Assembly: GCF_006345805.1 (NCBI RefSeq)
Contig: NC_042999.1
Coordinates: 142,848,001-142,912,000 of the forward strand
Source: Octopus sinensis
Lineage: Eukaryota
Reading direction: 5' to 3'
Length of the DNA: 64,000 nt
Below, piece by piece: positions 14,270-28,469 of the stretch. The notes beneath the pieces are model-generated. The model was not told where the DNA came from, searched no databases, and saw only the letters and a list, made by a program, of their open reading frames with translations. Numbering within the stretch: position 1 is the first letter of the stretch; each line of letters begins with the position of its first letter. The translations under genes were made by a program, and so were the position numbers.

Positions 14270-15750
14270 TCCATGCTTACATAGTTCTCTGTCACAGTGC
14301 TTCACTACAAGTTGCCATCTTTGGTCATCATTTTCTTGAGAGCAATTTTTGCCCTTTATCTAATATCTTCCCTGGCCTTCTTCCACAGGTTCCATTCACT
14401 TCCAGTACTCTACATGCTCTAACATTCTCCATCCAGTGGAGTATGCTTGCCTTATTATTTTTCCAACCTTTGCAAATTTCCTACATTCATAACCCATGTT
14501 TGACTACCAGACAAAAGCCTTCAGGTTGCATACTCATAACTATGTACATCAGTAGCTGTTTCACTTGGAAGAGGTCATTGGTAGTAGTACTGTTGGCATA
14601 AATCCAAGCTACATTGCAATTAAGATAATTCTCACCCTAATCAGTAACTTTCATAACCTAGTCTGTCAATCTGATGCTGTAGAAGTAGTTTTCTTTTTCT
14701 AAAATATTTCCTTGGTCTGCTATGCCACTCATTGGTACAACACCTTTCTCTCAAGCCTGATTACCTCATTAAGTACTCCTGATGGTCAACCTCCTTCCCT
14801 ACCACCAGTATTAATTGCACATTTGACTACTGATGTAAGCATCAACAGCTGCTGTCTCTGTTGGGTTTACTTGAGACATGTCCTTCCCCCATGCATTCTA
14901 CTCATTCATAATAGCCTTTTTATGCGTGTTTCTTTTTGGCTTTAGTGAGGGCAAGTAGGGCACTATTATTCTATATACACTTCTCCCCAGAATGTTACGA
15001 TTTTCTCACACAACCTTGCTGTCTGGAACAGCCTACATCTCTGATCTCTTACATTGCAGATCATGTGCTAATAGCTTACAGCTTCTTTCCTGACTGAATA
15101 TATTTGATGTTTAACTTGCCTTCAAGCTATTCCATTTTCTTCTAGTCATTCCAAATCTATCTCTTAGCTTTTATCATTGTCTACAGTACTATTCCACAAA
15201 ATGCCTGTCTGGAACATTACATCGACCACAGATTTGTCTGTGTTGTAAATTGTTAAATTATTTGCATCACAGAACTCCAGGATCTTTGATTCCTGCTCAT
15301 ATTTTAAACCATAGCCATAGCCTTCATTAATGTTGGAGAAGCAATCATGGAATTTAAAGCATGTTCGTTAAAATTCCTAACAAGGATACTTGTCATCTGT
15401 CTTTGTGTCACTCTTCCACTAATTTATTTGCAAGATATGATGTGGGAGAATTGGGTGAAACATTTAGTTATCTCTGTGTTCTGGATTAAATCACCTCATA
15501 AATTTATGGCCTTGTGCCATAAATTTATAATTGAAATCATTTGTTTTGCTCTTATACAAAGCATTTCTTGGTGGTCGTTAACATAAGTAACTGTGATGGT
15601 GAAAAATCTATCCTAAATGAGTTTGGTCAAGTTTCTAAAATATTGCCTCTTCTTGATATTCTTCCATCTCTGCTACATGTTGATTGGATCATAAGAAAGG
15701 GACGATTAAGAATCTTACAGAGGTAAATTCAGGGCTTAAAAGTTGATAGT
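14270..15750 (-). mobile_element. Highly decayed LINE remnant
   Basis: Composition and fragmentary reverse-strand reading resemble LINE ORF2; no intact ORF; boundaries approximate. Confidence 0.3.
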
Positions 15751-18700
15751 AAGTAAGGTCAGCCTGTGGAACCAATGATTTTTTTTTTATCTCATCAAAA
15801 CAACTGTGCATGCTTCAGACGGTTAACTTTTGCTGATTTTGTTCCCCTAAGTGTGGGTAAGCTGTATAGCTTCATCTCATTACTGTATGCAGCAGAAGCA
15901 CTATGAATGGTTTTTAACCGGCAGCGCTGAGTTCAAGTCTTCCTAGGTGTGAAGAATGTAACAAGGAAACCACTGTCAAATTGTAGCTCCTTTGTCAAGA
16001 TGGTCGCCAAGATTAGTTTTTAATTAGATAATGACTCGTATTTAGGTAAATGCAAAAGACTGGTGCTTAAGATAATCTAAAACTGATATATCACTATTTC
16101 ATTTCTTTAAATTTTATATATTTTGCCATTTTGGAGGATAAGAAATGATAAAGAGAATCTCTTGATGAGTCAGTAAATAAGTTTTAATTCCTGGTTGTAG
16201 TCAACTTCATTGTTTAAGCCTGAACATCACAATCTTTCCTCTTACTCTTATAAATGAAAACTTATACATACTAATTAAATGTATGTACATAGAAATCTTT
16301 AATAATATTGTAATATAGAGTTTGTTTTTATTAACTCTACAAATAAATCACATTTCAAATTCTTGCTTGAACTCTCCTCATGGAGCACAATGCTATCAAA
16401 GCCAAATGTTAATTGCTTTCAAAACAAATAAAAAAAAAAATATTTCAACAAGTGAACTAATAAGGGTTGTTATGTTGTTCTACATAAGGAAATTATGTCA
16501 AGTGATTTATGGTTTTTATATCAGAAATAAAATCTTACTGCAAAAGCAAATAAATTCTTTGAATTGGCTAAAAATAAATATTTATAGGCTAAAGGGAAAT
16601 CAAGTGACATCAAGCCTAGATTATAAATAATCGAAAATATACCAAACCAGTATATTGAATAATAATAATTATTTATAGCCAATAAATAGCAAATGCAATT
16701 GAGAAGAATAATGTTTATTTTTCAGAAAGTGTATGCAAATACATCTTAGCTAACATGTTGAGCAACTTATTTTCATAAGAGGTGTTCTTATAAAATATTC
16801 TAAATTTATAAAACTTCTAGAAAAAATTCCATACCTACATATATCATATATGTTCTAAAAAAAAACTATAGAAAGTAATTCCTGTGACTATATAGGATAT
16901 TTAGTATTTATACAGTAAATTCTTGGTAATTCCTCTATAAAAATATCTAAAAGAGAAAAAAAAAATTATTACACAAATAAACCAGTCTCTCAAAATCGTA
17001 ATATATATATATTCACCTATGTACAAGTTTTATAGGAAATAACCATTTCCATGAATACAAAAATTAATTATCTTCAGAACTGTCTTATTCATCTAATTTG
17101 AAATTTAATAACAATCTACATTATTCTATTTGTTAGAACATTAATGTATTCTAGTGGTGTTATACTTTTAACAAGTTTGAATGTTATGCTTTCAACAACC
17201 TTAACTATGCAACAAAGACAATTGAACACATTTAATCTTATAAAGATGAATAAATAAATGCATAAAAACAGCATTTTTAAATAAATTTCTCTGGGTTGTC
17301 ATTAACGTTTACAACCTAACATTAAAAAAAAGCATTCACAAATTAATAGTGATATTTTTTGCAGTGCATCCTATTAAAAACTACAATGAAGCTAGTTTTC
17401 CTAAGCAAAGATAAGGTGATATTTACTATTATAGTGAACCTTTCCTGTTATAATGATAGTAGAGAAATAACTTTTATTACATTACGTAACAGGAATTTTA
17501 TCCTTGGGTAGCAACTGTTATTTCCTATTTGCTTATCCCTAGAAAGTATGAAAAATGATTAATATTTCCTTCAAACTTTGCTTTTGTTACATTTTTCAAA
17601 CCCCAAAGAATCCCTCTCAACACATGGCTATTATGCCCCCCCACTACCCCTGCTCATCATCAGAGTTGCCCCCCATATTGTCAGCCATTAAGAGACATGC
17701 TCAAGTGGTATTGAGCAGAAAATTTGCTATGACATTTCTGCTTCAGCATCTTGGTGCTGAAATGTAATGGAAAATAGGTCAGTTTCAACACATTGATGTC
17801 CATGTCAGAAAGGCAAAATTTCAAGAGAACAGTAGTCATTTCCTTTGATTTATAGATAGAAGCAAATAGGAAACAACACTTACTGACCAAAGACAAAAAG
17901 AAAAGAAAAGAAAAATTTTGTTACACTGTGTTATATAGTATATATATGAGTAGGTTCAAATTCCTAGCAGTCATATTTCCTCTCAAACCTCAATTTATAG
18001 TATAACTCGCTATATAATATCATAAATAAACCAAACCTATTGTTTATGCAATTATATGCAGAAATGTTTTCCAAACTAAGTATTCCATAATGCAATGCAT
18101 AACTTATTACCTAACTTTAAATAATTATAATGTAAAACAACCCTTGTGAAAAAAAAAATGTATAATTTCCATTATTATTTAGATGTAATCTTTAAAAAAT
18201 AATTATGTCTTTAAAACAGTTACAAATAACCAATCAAGTTATATGTTTGTTAATTAAATCAAGTTCAGATTTTTTTTTTTTTGTTACTGACAAGCTGAAA
18301 GTAATCAACAAAATAATAATTATTATTTTAAAGTAATCAAGTTATGATGCCCGTGTCACCAAGGTACCAAGGTACAAAATTGCTTGATAATACAAATATG
18401 TTCAATATATTTTATCGTTACATACAGTGATTTGTAAGCTCTTATTTATCAGTGGGTCTTTTTGCAAATAGAATCTCTATTGTTTTATCTATACATAGGT
18501 CACAGAACATTCTGTTACCAATGTCTTTTCTTTAGCCAATATACACCATTCCAAGATGTAATGGGTGTTGAAATCATACAGATATATTCAGTACCTGGAT
18601 ACATGTATAGCATTTCCTCTTTAAATATTGTATAATGGATAATTTATGGAAATTTGATATAAACAATTAAGCGAGTGTTATTTTCTGCAGTTACTTAAAA

Positions 18701-20297
18701 TATGTTATATATTGACATATCTTAAATTACGAAAATATCAATTTTTTCTTAATATTGATAACTTTTATACAGCACCATCTATAAGACAAGTCATTCTGAT
18801 ATGTCTCGACGAAAAATGTATTTACACACACACAAACACACACATATATACTTTTTTAATAATCATCTTTTTTTTTATATTTTAAATTATATGAAGTCTA
18901 AATTCCACTAAGTTATTGCATTGTATGCTTGTAGAAAAGAAGTAGAATAGATGAGATTCAGGATAATCCATATTGTTTGTATGATAAAAATTCAAATATA
19001 GACTGGTTTTAAGTCATGCTTAATAAATATTTTAAAATTAAGATTTAATTATAGAATTAAAGTGTATATACATTTTCACTGTAAGAAATTAAACAAAGTT
19101 ATTCCCCCTAGTCTATATGACGTACTCTGCCCATTATCTCATAACCATAAGAACATAAATGAAAAGCCCCCACTCTAAATATTGGCTTTTTGAAACTTTT
19201 TTGTTTATTGTTGTTTTCCACCTTTTCTTCTTAATTTGTATACAAACCGAGTAATACTGTTTTTATGGTATATAGTATTATATGTTTCTAATAGAGAAAA
19301 AAACTCGGAAACATCAAAATATTCAACGCATAAAGGAAAATATGTTTTATAATTAGTATTGACTCTTACAAAACCAGTCTGCTTTCCTTTTCTAAAGAAT
19401 TCTGCAGAGGTGCTAATAAAACCAGTCTTTTTAGGAGTGAGTGTTATACATAAAACATCCATTTATTCCTAATGTTAACCAGTTCATAGGAACATGATCA
19501 TGCCACTTATAAAATAAAGAAGCAAAACTGCAAGGTCAGAGTGTTAATGTGCTTTATCTGATATGCTCTGGGTAAAACAAAATTTTAAAACAATCTTTTT
19601 CGTTTGTTTTATTTGTTATAAAACATAATTCCAATACAGCATAGTAATATGTCTCTGTTATAAGTACACTTTAATATAGCAATGACTTAATATTTCCTTT
19701 TTAGCCTTGGAATGTTAAGAGTGGGGAAGAGAAACATGTTTACTCTGTTATTTCTTTGCAACTAGATTTTATTTTAATATAAAAAGCAAATAGTGAGTAT
19801 TATGGAAGCAAGTGCTCAGTAAGATAAAATTACATGGTTGTAATCATTGAAGTTGTGTAAGAAAGGTATGAATGCCACTAACTCCCCATTACTTGTCAAC
19901 TAAAATACAAAGACTATGTACTTTGTCAAAATTAATCTAAGACAGACACAAATTAAACTAGTGAATATTGCAAACAATAAACAACCAGTGGGCTGTGATT
20001 TAACATCTGATGCAGGCACTCTTTTTTTAGTTGTCTGGCAGATCAGTTAATCTGTAGAACTTGAGAGTGCCTAGATATGAGGAGTGGGGGCCGATTCTTC
20101 TGGAGGCCTGCAATTGCTTGGTTTCTTGGCCAAAAAAAAAAAAAATGAAGAGGATTCTTTTATATAACATTATAGACTCCCAGCCAATTACCAGACTTAT
20201 AAACTCATTTCACTCCTTGCAAACATTTATCCAGTATATATAGTAGATGTTTGTTTTCTACAACTTCCTTTAGCTAATATTAATTCAAACTTTTAAA

Positions 20298-20600
20298 GCG
20301 GCAAGCTCGTAGAACTGTTAACATGCCAAGCAAAATGCCTAACGGCATTTTGTTCATTTCTAGATTCAAATGCTACCAAGGTTGACTTTGCCTTCCATCC
20401 TTTCAGCGTCAATAAAATAAGTACCAGTTGTGTACTGAGGTCGATCTAATTGACTGGCCCCCCTCCCACAAAATTTAGGCCTTGTGCCTAAAGTAGAAAA
20501 GAATAAGATAGGTACCAGTTGAACACTGGGGTTGATGTAAATCAATTTATCCCCTCTGCCGAACTTGCTGGCCTTGTGCCAAAATTTAAAATCAATATTA
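20298..20600 (+). mobile_element. SINE (ggcggcaagct head; ggttgactttgccttccatccttt core) with duplicated tail
   Basis: Same head and core as the inverted copy at 40876-41107. Confidence 0.65.
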
Positions 20601-21890
20601 ATTCAAATTTATTTTTCTAAGCACATTTGTCCTTGATCTCATCAAGAAAGTGCCAAGGAAAATAATTTGGATCTTTCATTAGCAATACTTGCACAATTTA
20701 AACACATTTATGTGTCAAATTTATTTATGATTTATTTTAAAACTCTTTCTAAAGATGATTATTATGATACTTGAAAAAGTTCTGGGGGAGGGTACAAAGT
20801 GACTAGTAATAGACATAAAGACCAATTTTTGGTATTTTAAATATCTCACCAGTATTTAATAGGATAAAAATTTCAAATGTATTTGTGTGTACCTCAATAA
20901 GAAAAAAATGTACATATTTACCACATCTTTGAATAATAATTTGATGCATTTTCTTTTAAATCTCAGTTCAAACACACACACACACACTATACAAAACGAA
21001 ATCAACTCTACCAGATAACTTTAACCAGCCAATGTATATCTAGTCATTATTAAATATGTTAAAATGCATGATTTGACTAAATGGATAATGTTGTTGGATT
21101 TTAATTACCAATATATAGATCTGTAAACCTTGGTTAAAAATAAAGGTCACACACAAATATATATACATAGGAGCAAGTGTCTGTCTTCTTTTCATTCTTG
21201 CATTAAATATGAATTTTAATTTTCAGGAGCAAGAGACTGGAAAGCAGGTATAAATACTTTGAAACACCTGATGTGGTATATTATATTCTCTGAAGAGTCC
21301 TACTGAAAACATTAGATTATTCTTGAAGGCAATTATCGATTCCACTTTGCAAACTTTGTACATTACTAATAACTGGAATTAAAAGCTCTAACAATTCTCA
21401 ATATCATTCTTTTTTGTGTATTGTATTTAAAATTATTTTGTTCACATTGAATTCATGCTTTAGGTTTGTTTCTTGTTTCAGTTCAATGTCTAGGGGAGAT
21501 GCATGATAGTCATACCAACCCAGTCCTCAAAACTGCAAGAGTTATGGATGGCAGAGTTAATACCATCCAAAAGTCAGTTATATATGTCCTTATGAAAAGG
21601 TATATTGATCATCCTTTCATCAATTTTTGCCAATCCAACACTCCAGTTTTGCTTAGCCGTTTAGCATTTAATCCAACCATATCTGGCCCAAATATTCTAC
21701 ATGTTTCATGTTCAAACTAGCCAGATCCAACATCTTGCACTGACCCACCAATATCTTTCTAAAATATATATATATATATATTCCTCAGATCAGAAAAAAA
21801 CTGACTGGTAAGTAAAGACATGTTACTGTAATTTTAGAAAGATATTGGTGGGTCAGTGCAAGATGCTAGTTTGAACACGAAACAGGTAGA

Positions 21891-21929
<39 letters not shown>

Positions 21930-22139
21930 GTTGAAGTTTACAGAAAAATAAAAGACAGACAGGTATATAAACAACAAGCAGGTGTATTAGTCTGATGCTC
22001 AGGAAGGTGAGAAACTCTTTTATGTTTCAAGCCTATGTTCTTCAACAGAAAGGAACACGGGGAAATAAACAGAGAGAGAATAAAAAAAATCTTGTGGATT
22101 TAGCAGTCAATCATGGCAACTATATATACATATAATAAT

Positions 22140-25100
22140 CTTACTCCTTTTTGATTTACATGAAAATATACAAAAAAGAGGGAGTATAATCAATTGAATT
22201 GATTCCAATAAACATACACATATACACAACAATTGGAGTGTTGGACAAATTCCCTACAGCCCCTTGCCAGAGGAACTTAAAAGAGTCAATGGCCATTCTG
22301 AATATGGGTAGACAGAACTTGTGAGCCTTAGTTGGCAGTCTGTCTAGGAGAAGGAACACTCTGATTTAAAAAACTGGGGTAGATAAGACTCCTTAGTCAC
22401 AGTGGTGACAACCTGCCCTTGTGTCCAATGGTTCCATTCCTGGGATGAAGGCAAATGAACCATGAATCAGGACTTAACTCAAGAGCAATATTCGGATGAA
22501 GATATGGGACCAACTGGTGCTCACCTATCTCCTAGTGTAAATCAGAATCATGGTCTCCAACACACAGAAATGTGAAGGGAACAAGCCCAACTTATGGGTA
22601 GCTCTGCAGTCTTGGTAGACTCTCTTGCCAAACCAACTGGAGAAGTGTGAGAAAAGCAAGTATCTGGTGCCTTCAAATAACCAGTGCTCTGAGTAGGCTG
22701 TACTTGTTAGCCTTGGGTGACAAGCAGCCTAGGAGAAGGAACACTTTGAGTCCAAAACCAAGGGAACAAGAACTCTGCCACCTTGGCAGGTTGGTAGTAA
22801 TCTAAAAACACACCTCGTTTGTGAGTGAAAATGCTAAGTGAAATAAATGACAATAACGGTGTGAATGGGACTGGAACCAATGGTGAAGGTGCAGCACCCA
22901 GCAGGTGCCCCACTGTGTAGTAGGGTGGCCCCAGTCATAATCCAGCAACCGCTAGCCATGCTACAAGACATAGGTGGAGTAAACAAGTAATCACGATGGT
23001 TATAGAGTGTTACTACCAGAGCACCCGAGTGGATGCAAATGGCGTTCCTGTCAGAGAGTACAGAAAACAAATGCACAGTGAATGGAAGACAATGGAACTG
23101 TTCGAATTACTGAACACAGATTATGTGCCCAAGCAAGAGCAATATGAAAGAATGGATGGTTAACAGAATTGGAGCTAGAAGCTATTAAAAGAAGGATATC
23201 AGGTGAGGTTGGGCATGTGAGAAATGAAAGTGGTATAGTGGAAGAGAGTCATGGATGGCAGAGTTAATACCATCCAAAAGTCAGTTATATATGTCCTTAT
23301 GAAAAGGTATATTGATCATCCTTTCATCAATTTTTGCCAATCCAACACTCCAGTTTTGCTTAACCCTGCATTTAATCCAACCATATCTGGCCCAAATGTT
23401 CTACCTGTTTCGTGTTCAAACTAGCCAGATCCAACACCTTACACCAACCCACCAATATCTTTCTAAAATTAAACATAGGCATAGGAGTGGCTGTGTGGTA
23501 AATACAGAAGGGACAGAAGTTATGTGCAACTTTAAAAAGGTTAACCAAAGGAGACTAAATCAAGAGACAAATAAAGTCAATATTGTATTGAGACACATTG
23601 AAACAAAGAACATCACACAAACAAATAATCTTATCAAGGCTGCTAGTAGGACTGTGGCAGAAAGGATGGGATTGAGAACTACTGAGAATAGAACAGCAAT
23701 GGATAGAAGAGAAAATAAACAACTGTGGTGAAAAAGGAGAACCTCTGAAGATATAAACTTCTTGAAGAGTGTAGTATCAATACTTGTCAGGAAAAGAAAT
23801 GGAGAACTTAAGAATGAATGGAAATTTTAAAAAGTTAGGAAGAAATATGGTGTAGATATAAAAGGCCAAAATGTTGTAATTGAAGAACTGAAGCAGTGCA
23901 TACATGCAAAAAAAGCAAAGCTAACTAGGTTTGAACAACAGATTAAGCAATACCAGCAGAACAAATTATTTAAAACCTACCAAAAAAGATTTTATCAAGA
24001 GAGATTAATGAGGATAAAAAATGTGAAAGATTAGTCCCTGATGCCGATGAAAGTCGACTTTTTGGGGGTAAGATATGGAGTAAGCAAGAACAACATAATA
24101 CTACAGCTGAATGACTCTGCAGCCTGGAGAAAACAGCTTCTTATCTCCAGCAAGAGGCTATCCACTTCACAGAAGACAGTAATGCAAGACTGTAAATGAA
24201 GGAGAACAAATCTAGGAATGCTTGGATTGACTATCGCAGAAGTTTATAAGATTCCACATTTGTGGATTGAGTGCTTAGATCATCATCATCATCGTTGTCG
24301 TTTAATGTCCGCTTTCCATGCTAGTATGTGTTGGACGATTTGACTGAGGTCTGGTGAACCAGATGGCTGCACCAGACTCCAGTCTGATCTGGCAGAGTTT
24401 TTACAGCTGGATGCCCTTCCTAACACCAACCACTCCAAGAGTGTAGTGGGTGCTTTTACGTGCCACTGGCACGAGGGCCAGTCAGGTAGTACTGGCAACG
24501 GCCACACTCAAATGTTGCTTTTTATGTGCCACCTGCACAGAAGCCAATCCAGTGGCACTGGCAACGACCTGTTTGGAAATAGAAGGAATGTGACATGTTT
24601 CCTGAAGAGAAGTATGGTGGGATAGAAAACTGAACTGACATCTTACAGAAAAAGCTTGGGCTCCCTGGGTATCAGAAGAGGGATTTCCCAGGGTGACAAC
24701 CTATCTCTATTGCTTTTTGTTTTCTGCATGATACCCCTGACCTTGGTACTCAGGAAAATGAACCTAGGGTACCAACTCAAGGAAAAATCCCAAACAATCA
24801 ACCACTTCTACTTCTTGGATGATTTGAAACTGTATGGCAAAGATGAGACATAAGTCAGTCCTTTGGTGAACACGGTCCACAGTTTTAGTACTGATATTAG
24901 AATGGAATTTGGACTTAAGAAGTGTGGAGTAATCTACCTAAAAAGAGGCAAGGTACAGTCCCAAGCAAGGATAAAATTACCAAATAGAGACTTGATTAAA
25001 CAAATTGAAATGGTAGGATACAAATACCTTATTGCACTAGAGTGCAATGAGATAATGGAAAAGGAAATGAAAGAGCAACTGAGGATGGAGTATTCCCGAA

Positions 25101-26319
25101 GACTGAGGTTGATGTTGCACTCAAAATTGAATGGATGGAATAAAATCCAAGCAGTTAATACATGGGCAATAGCATCACTTTGGTATGGAGCAGGAATTAT
25201 AAAATGGCAAAAGAGAGAAATGAAGAAAATGGATACCAAGACCAGAAAAATGTTTATAGTACATGGAGCTTTCCACCCTAAGAGTGACACCGGCAGGCTG
25301 TACTTGTCCAGAAGAAAGGGTGGGAGAGGTTTGATCAGATGCCAAGACTGTACTGAGGTAGAGGAAAACAGCCTAGGGTGGTATATAAAAAATGCTATGG
25401 AGCCACTGTTGAAACACACAAAGAAGGCTTGCATCATCAAAACTGAAAATTGTGTAACAAAAGAAAAATTTAAACAAGAAATGAACAAAAAAAAAAGAAA
25501 AAAGCATGGAAGGAAAAAAATGTATGGTTAATTTGCAAGAGATGTGAACACCAAGACAGATACAGAGGACTGGTGGCTATGGATGAGGAGGAGTGACCTG
25601 AAGATAGAGACAGAAGCACTCATAAACGCAGCTCAGGAACAAGTGTTAAGGACCAATTATATGAAGTGCAGAATTGACAACACTACAGATAGTGACAAAT
25701 GCAGAATGTGTAGTGAGAGGGGTGAAATGGTATGGCACATTGTTAGCGAATGCGTGAAATTGGCACAATGTGAATACAAACAACACCATGACAATGTGGC
25801 AAGAATGATCCACTGGAAGCTCTGGAAATCACAGACTACAAAGAGCAAAACCCCAGAAGGAGTTACCGAAAATGAGAACTGCAAAATCCTGTGGGATGTA
25901 ATGATCCAGTGCAATCATTTGACCAGTCATCAGAAACCAGACACTATTGTGGTGAATAAAAAAGAAGAACATGTATGAAAATCAACATAGCATGCCTTGG
26001 TGACGGCAGGATCAATGTGAAAGAAGAAGAAAACAAAAAACAACCATGACAATTCAAAGTGGGAAATATGAAGGTTGTGGTCAATGAAGAGAGCAGACTT
26101 GGAAGTATCAGCACTCAACTACCAACCTGGCTGAAAAAGATCGGTGCAAGTCTGAAGGTAGAACACCTACAAAAATCAGCATTGCTTGGAACTGCAAGAA
26201 TTCTTCACAGGGTTCTTGAAGTATGACCAGTAAACAAGTGTCACAGTCTACTGGCTGCGGACAGCTGACACTTTTCATCATACCCAACAAAATAAGATGT
26301 AAGTTTACATATAATAATA
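22140..26319 (+). mobile_element. Old, degenerate, roughly full-length R4/Dong-like (RLE-type) non-LTR retrotransposon
   Basis: Starts after ataataat. Fragments show the N-terminal WSKQVITMVIECYYQS motif, RT motifs (RRGISQGDNLSLLLF, FLDDLKLYG, IRMEFGLKKC), CCHC motif (CRMC...HIVSEC) and RLE-like KPDTIVV. Many stops and frameshifts; ends in ataataat; interrupted at 23251-23469 and 24280-24570. Confidence 0.85.
24280..24570 (-). mobile_element. SINE-like repeat inserted into the old LINE
   Basis: (CAT)n tail plus the family core shared with 870-1175. Confidence 0.8.
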
Positions 26320-27687
26320 GTTGTTACTTATAGCTACAATGTGTTGAACTGGAATATAAGTGAAGTAAAGAATATAGATAGGAAAATATGCAAGCTGCTG
26401 AGTTGTAATAGGATGCACCGCCCAAAGGCAGACGTAGATCGCCTTTACCTCCCCAGAGCCCAAGGAAGTCGAGGCCTGATCCAATTTGAACTAGCTTACA
26501 AAACAACCACAATTGGACTGGCCAAATATCTTGAAATAACGAATGACTAGATGCTAAAGCTTGTGGAAAATCACGAGAGACAAAAGAAGCTTCATTCTAT
26601 CATAGAGGAAAGCAAAAAATTTGCTATTGATCTCGTGCAGGATACCCAAACTGAACAACCCGAGGGAAGTACAGCAACTATTGTAGCAAAGAAGGTGAAA
26701 ATAATGGCAACGAAAAAAGCGCACAAGCAATTGGCTGATAGGTGGGAGGAGAAACCGCTGCACAGCAAATATGTGGCCTGTAACAAACAAGCTGATGTTG
26801 ACCAGAAGCAAACCCATCAGTGGCTACGGAGCTCAGGGCTAAAAGCAGAGAGCGAAGGTTTCATCCTGGCTGCTCAAGATCAAAGCCTATTAACCCAGAA
26901 CTGTGATGAAAAACGGAGCAGACCCAAAATGCTGATTCTGCAACGACATGATTGAAACAGTGGACCACCTAATCTCTGGATGTAAAGTCTTAGCACCAGT
27001 GGAGTATAAATTAAGACATGACAGAGTTGGCCAATATCTACACTGGCTAATAAGTCGGCATTACAATATCAAAACTGCCGACAAGTGGTATAATCACCAC
27101 CCTGAAGCTGTAACTGAAGGAGAAAATGTAACCATTCTGTGGGACTTTCCAGTACATACAGACCAAACCATCAAAGCCAATAAACTGGATATTGTTGTGA
27201 AAGACCAAAACAATAAAGTTTGCTTATTGATCGACATGAGCATCCCGTGATCATAATATCTCGGCGAAAGAGTTTGATAAGCTCAGAAAATATAAAGACC
27301 TGCTCATTGAAATTGAGAAAATGCGGCATCTCAAGGCGGTTACAATACCAGTGATCGTAGGAGCACTAGGAATGATCAAAAAGGGAACCGAAAATTATAT
27401 GAGAATGATCCCTGGCTTACCATCCCTGCAAGAAGTGCAAAAGATTGTCTTAACTGGTACGTCACACTTATTGAGAAGAGCATTGTCGATGTGAGAACTA
27501 TTACTACCCATGTATTTTAATTTAACTTAAAAAAAAAAAAAGAACGAACTAGTGAGTTTAGTTTAATGGCCTACCAATGTATACTATGAGTTTCTTTGCC
27601 CTAGGAGTCGGGAAGACACTCGGCAAGAAATGGAAGCAAACTTGAAAGAAGAAGAAAAAAAAAGACAATAATAATAATAATAATAAT
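26319..27687 (+). mobile_element. 5'-truncated young R4/Dong-like LINE, copy 1, with (AAT)n tail
   Basis: Near-identical to 38912-40305; carries a TGG->TAG stop at 26548, a 10-bp deletion near 26902 and a frameshift near 27247; tail (AAT)7 at 27667-27687. Confidence 0.9.
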
Positions 27688-27819
27688 CAATTCTTTTTTA
27701 TTGGCCACAAGGGCTGACACGCATGATTACATAAAGGGACAAGACAGGACGAAAGGTTACAAAGGGTTTTGTCCATTTGTTAAAAAATCCGTGTAAAAAT
27801 ACATTAACAATAATTATAA

Positions 27820-28455
27820 CTAGCAGTATCGCCCGGCGTTGCTCGGGTTTGTAAGGGAAATAACTATATAAGCATTTTTAGAGAGTTATAGCCAAAAAAT
27901 AGCAAAAAATGCATTAAAAATGGAAAAAATATGATGGTAAATTTTTTTTTAAATCGTTGACTCATCGTAGACATTTTTAGAGAGTTACTTCCCTTATATA
28001 ATAACGAAAAAATGCATTAAAATGGAAAAAAAACGATGGTAAATTTTTTTTAAATCGTAGACTCATGTAGACGCTTTCTTAGCCATTTCTGTTTTGGTGT
28101 CTTCAAGCCATGAAGTCGTTGTTCTAAAAGAACACTGGTCTCCTTGACAACGCATTACGACGTTGATTTCCTTACACTCCCTTCCCCACAGGTGCAGGTG
28201 TGAGCGTGGACGCCAACTCCACCGCCATCGACACACGAAAAATTATGCATTAAAATGGAATAAAAAATGATGTTAAATTATTTTTAAAATCGTAGACTCA
28301 TCGTAGACGCGCGCTAATATTCAGACGGGCTCGATATGAATCACGACTATAAGCTACCCGAATTTGGTTAAACTGTACCGCAAAATGTGGGAGTAGTTAG
28401 GAATCTAAATCGAAGGGGACAGACACTCACACAACTACAGTTTTATATATATAGA
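27820..28455 (-). mobile_element. Non-autonomous Helitron
   Basis: On the minus strand it starts A|TCTATATATATAAAA and ends with the hairpin cccgagcaacgccggg followed by CTAG|T; same termini as 31103-31497. Confidence 0.85.
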
Positions 28456-28469
28456 TATACATAGCGCAG

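Noticed and set aside
15995-16012. caagatggtcgcc YY1-like motif as a promoter
   Set aside because: A single imperfect motif with no associated first exon; may belong to a decayed element.
19205-19462. 85-aa minus-strand ORF as an exon of a third gene
   Set aside because: No recognisable domain and no convincing splice signals.
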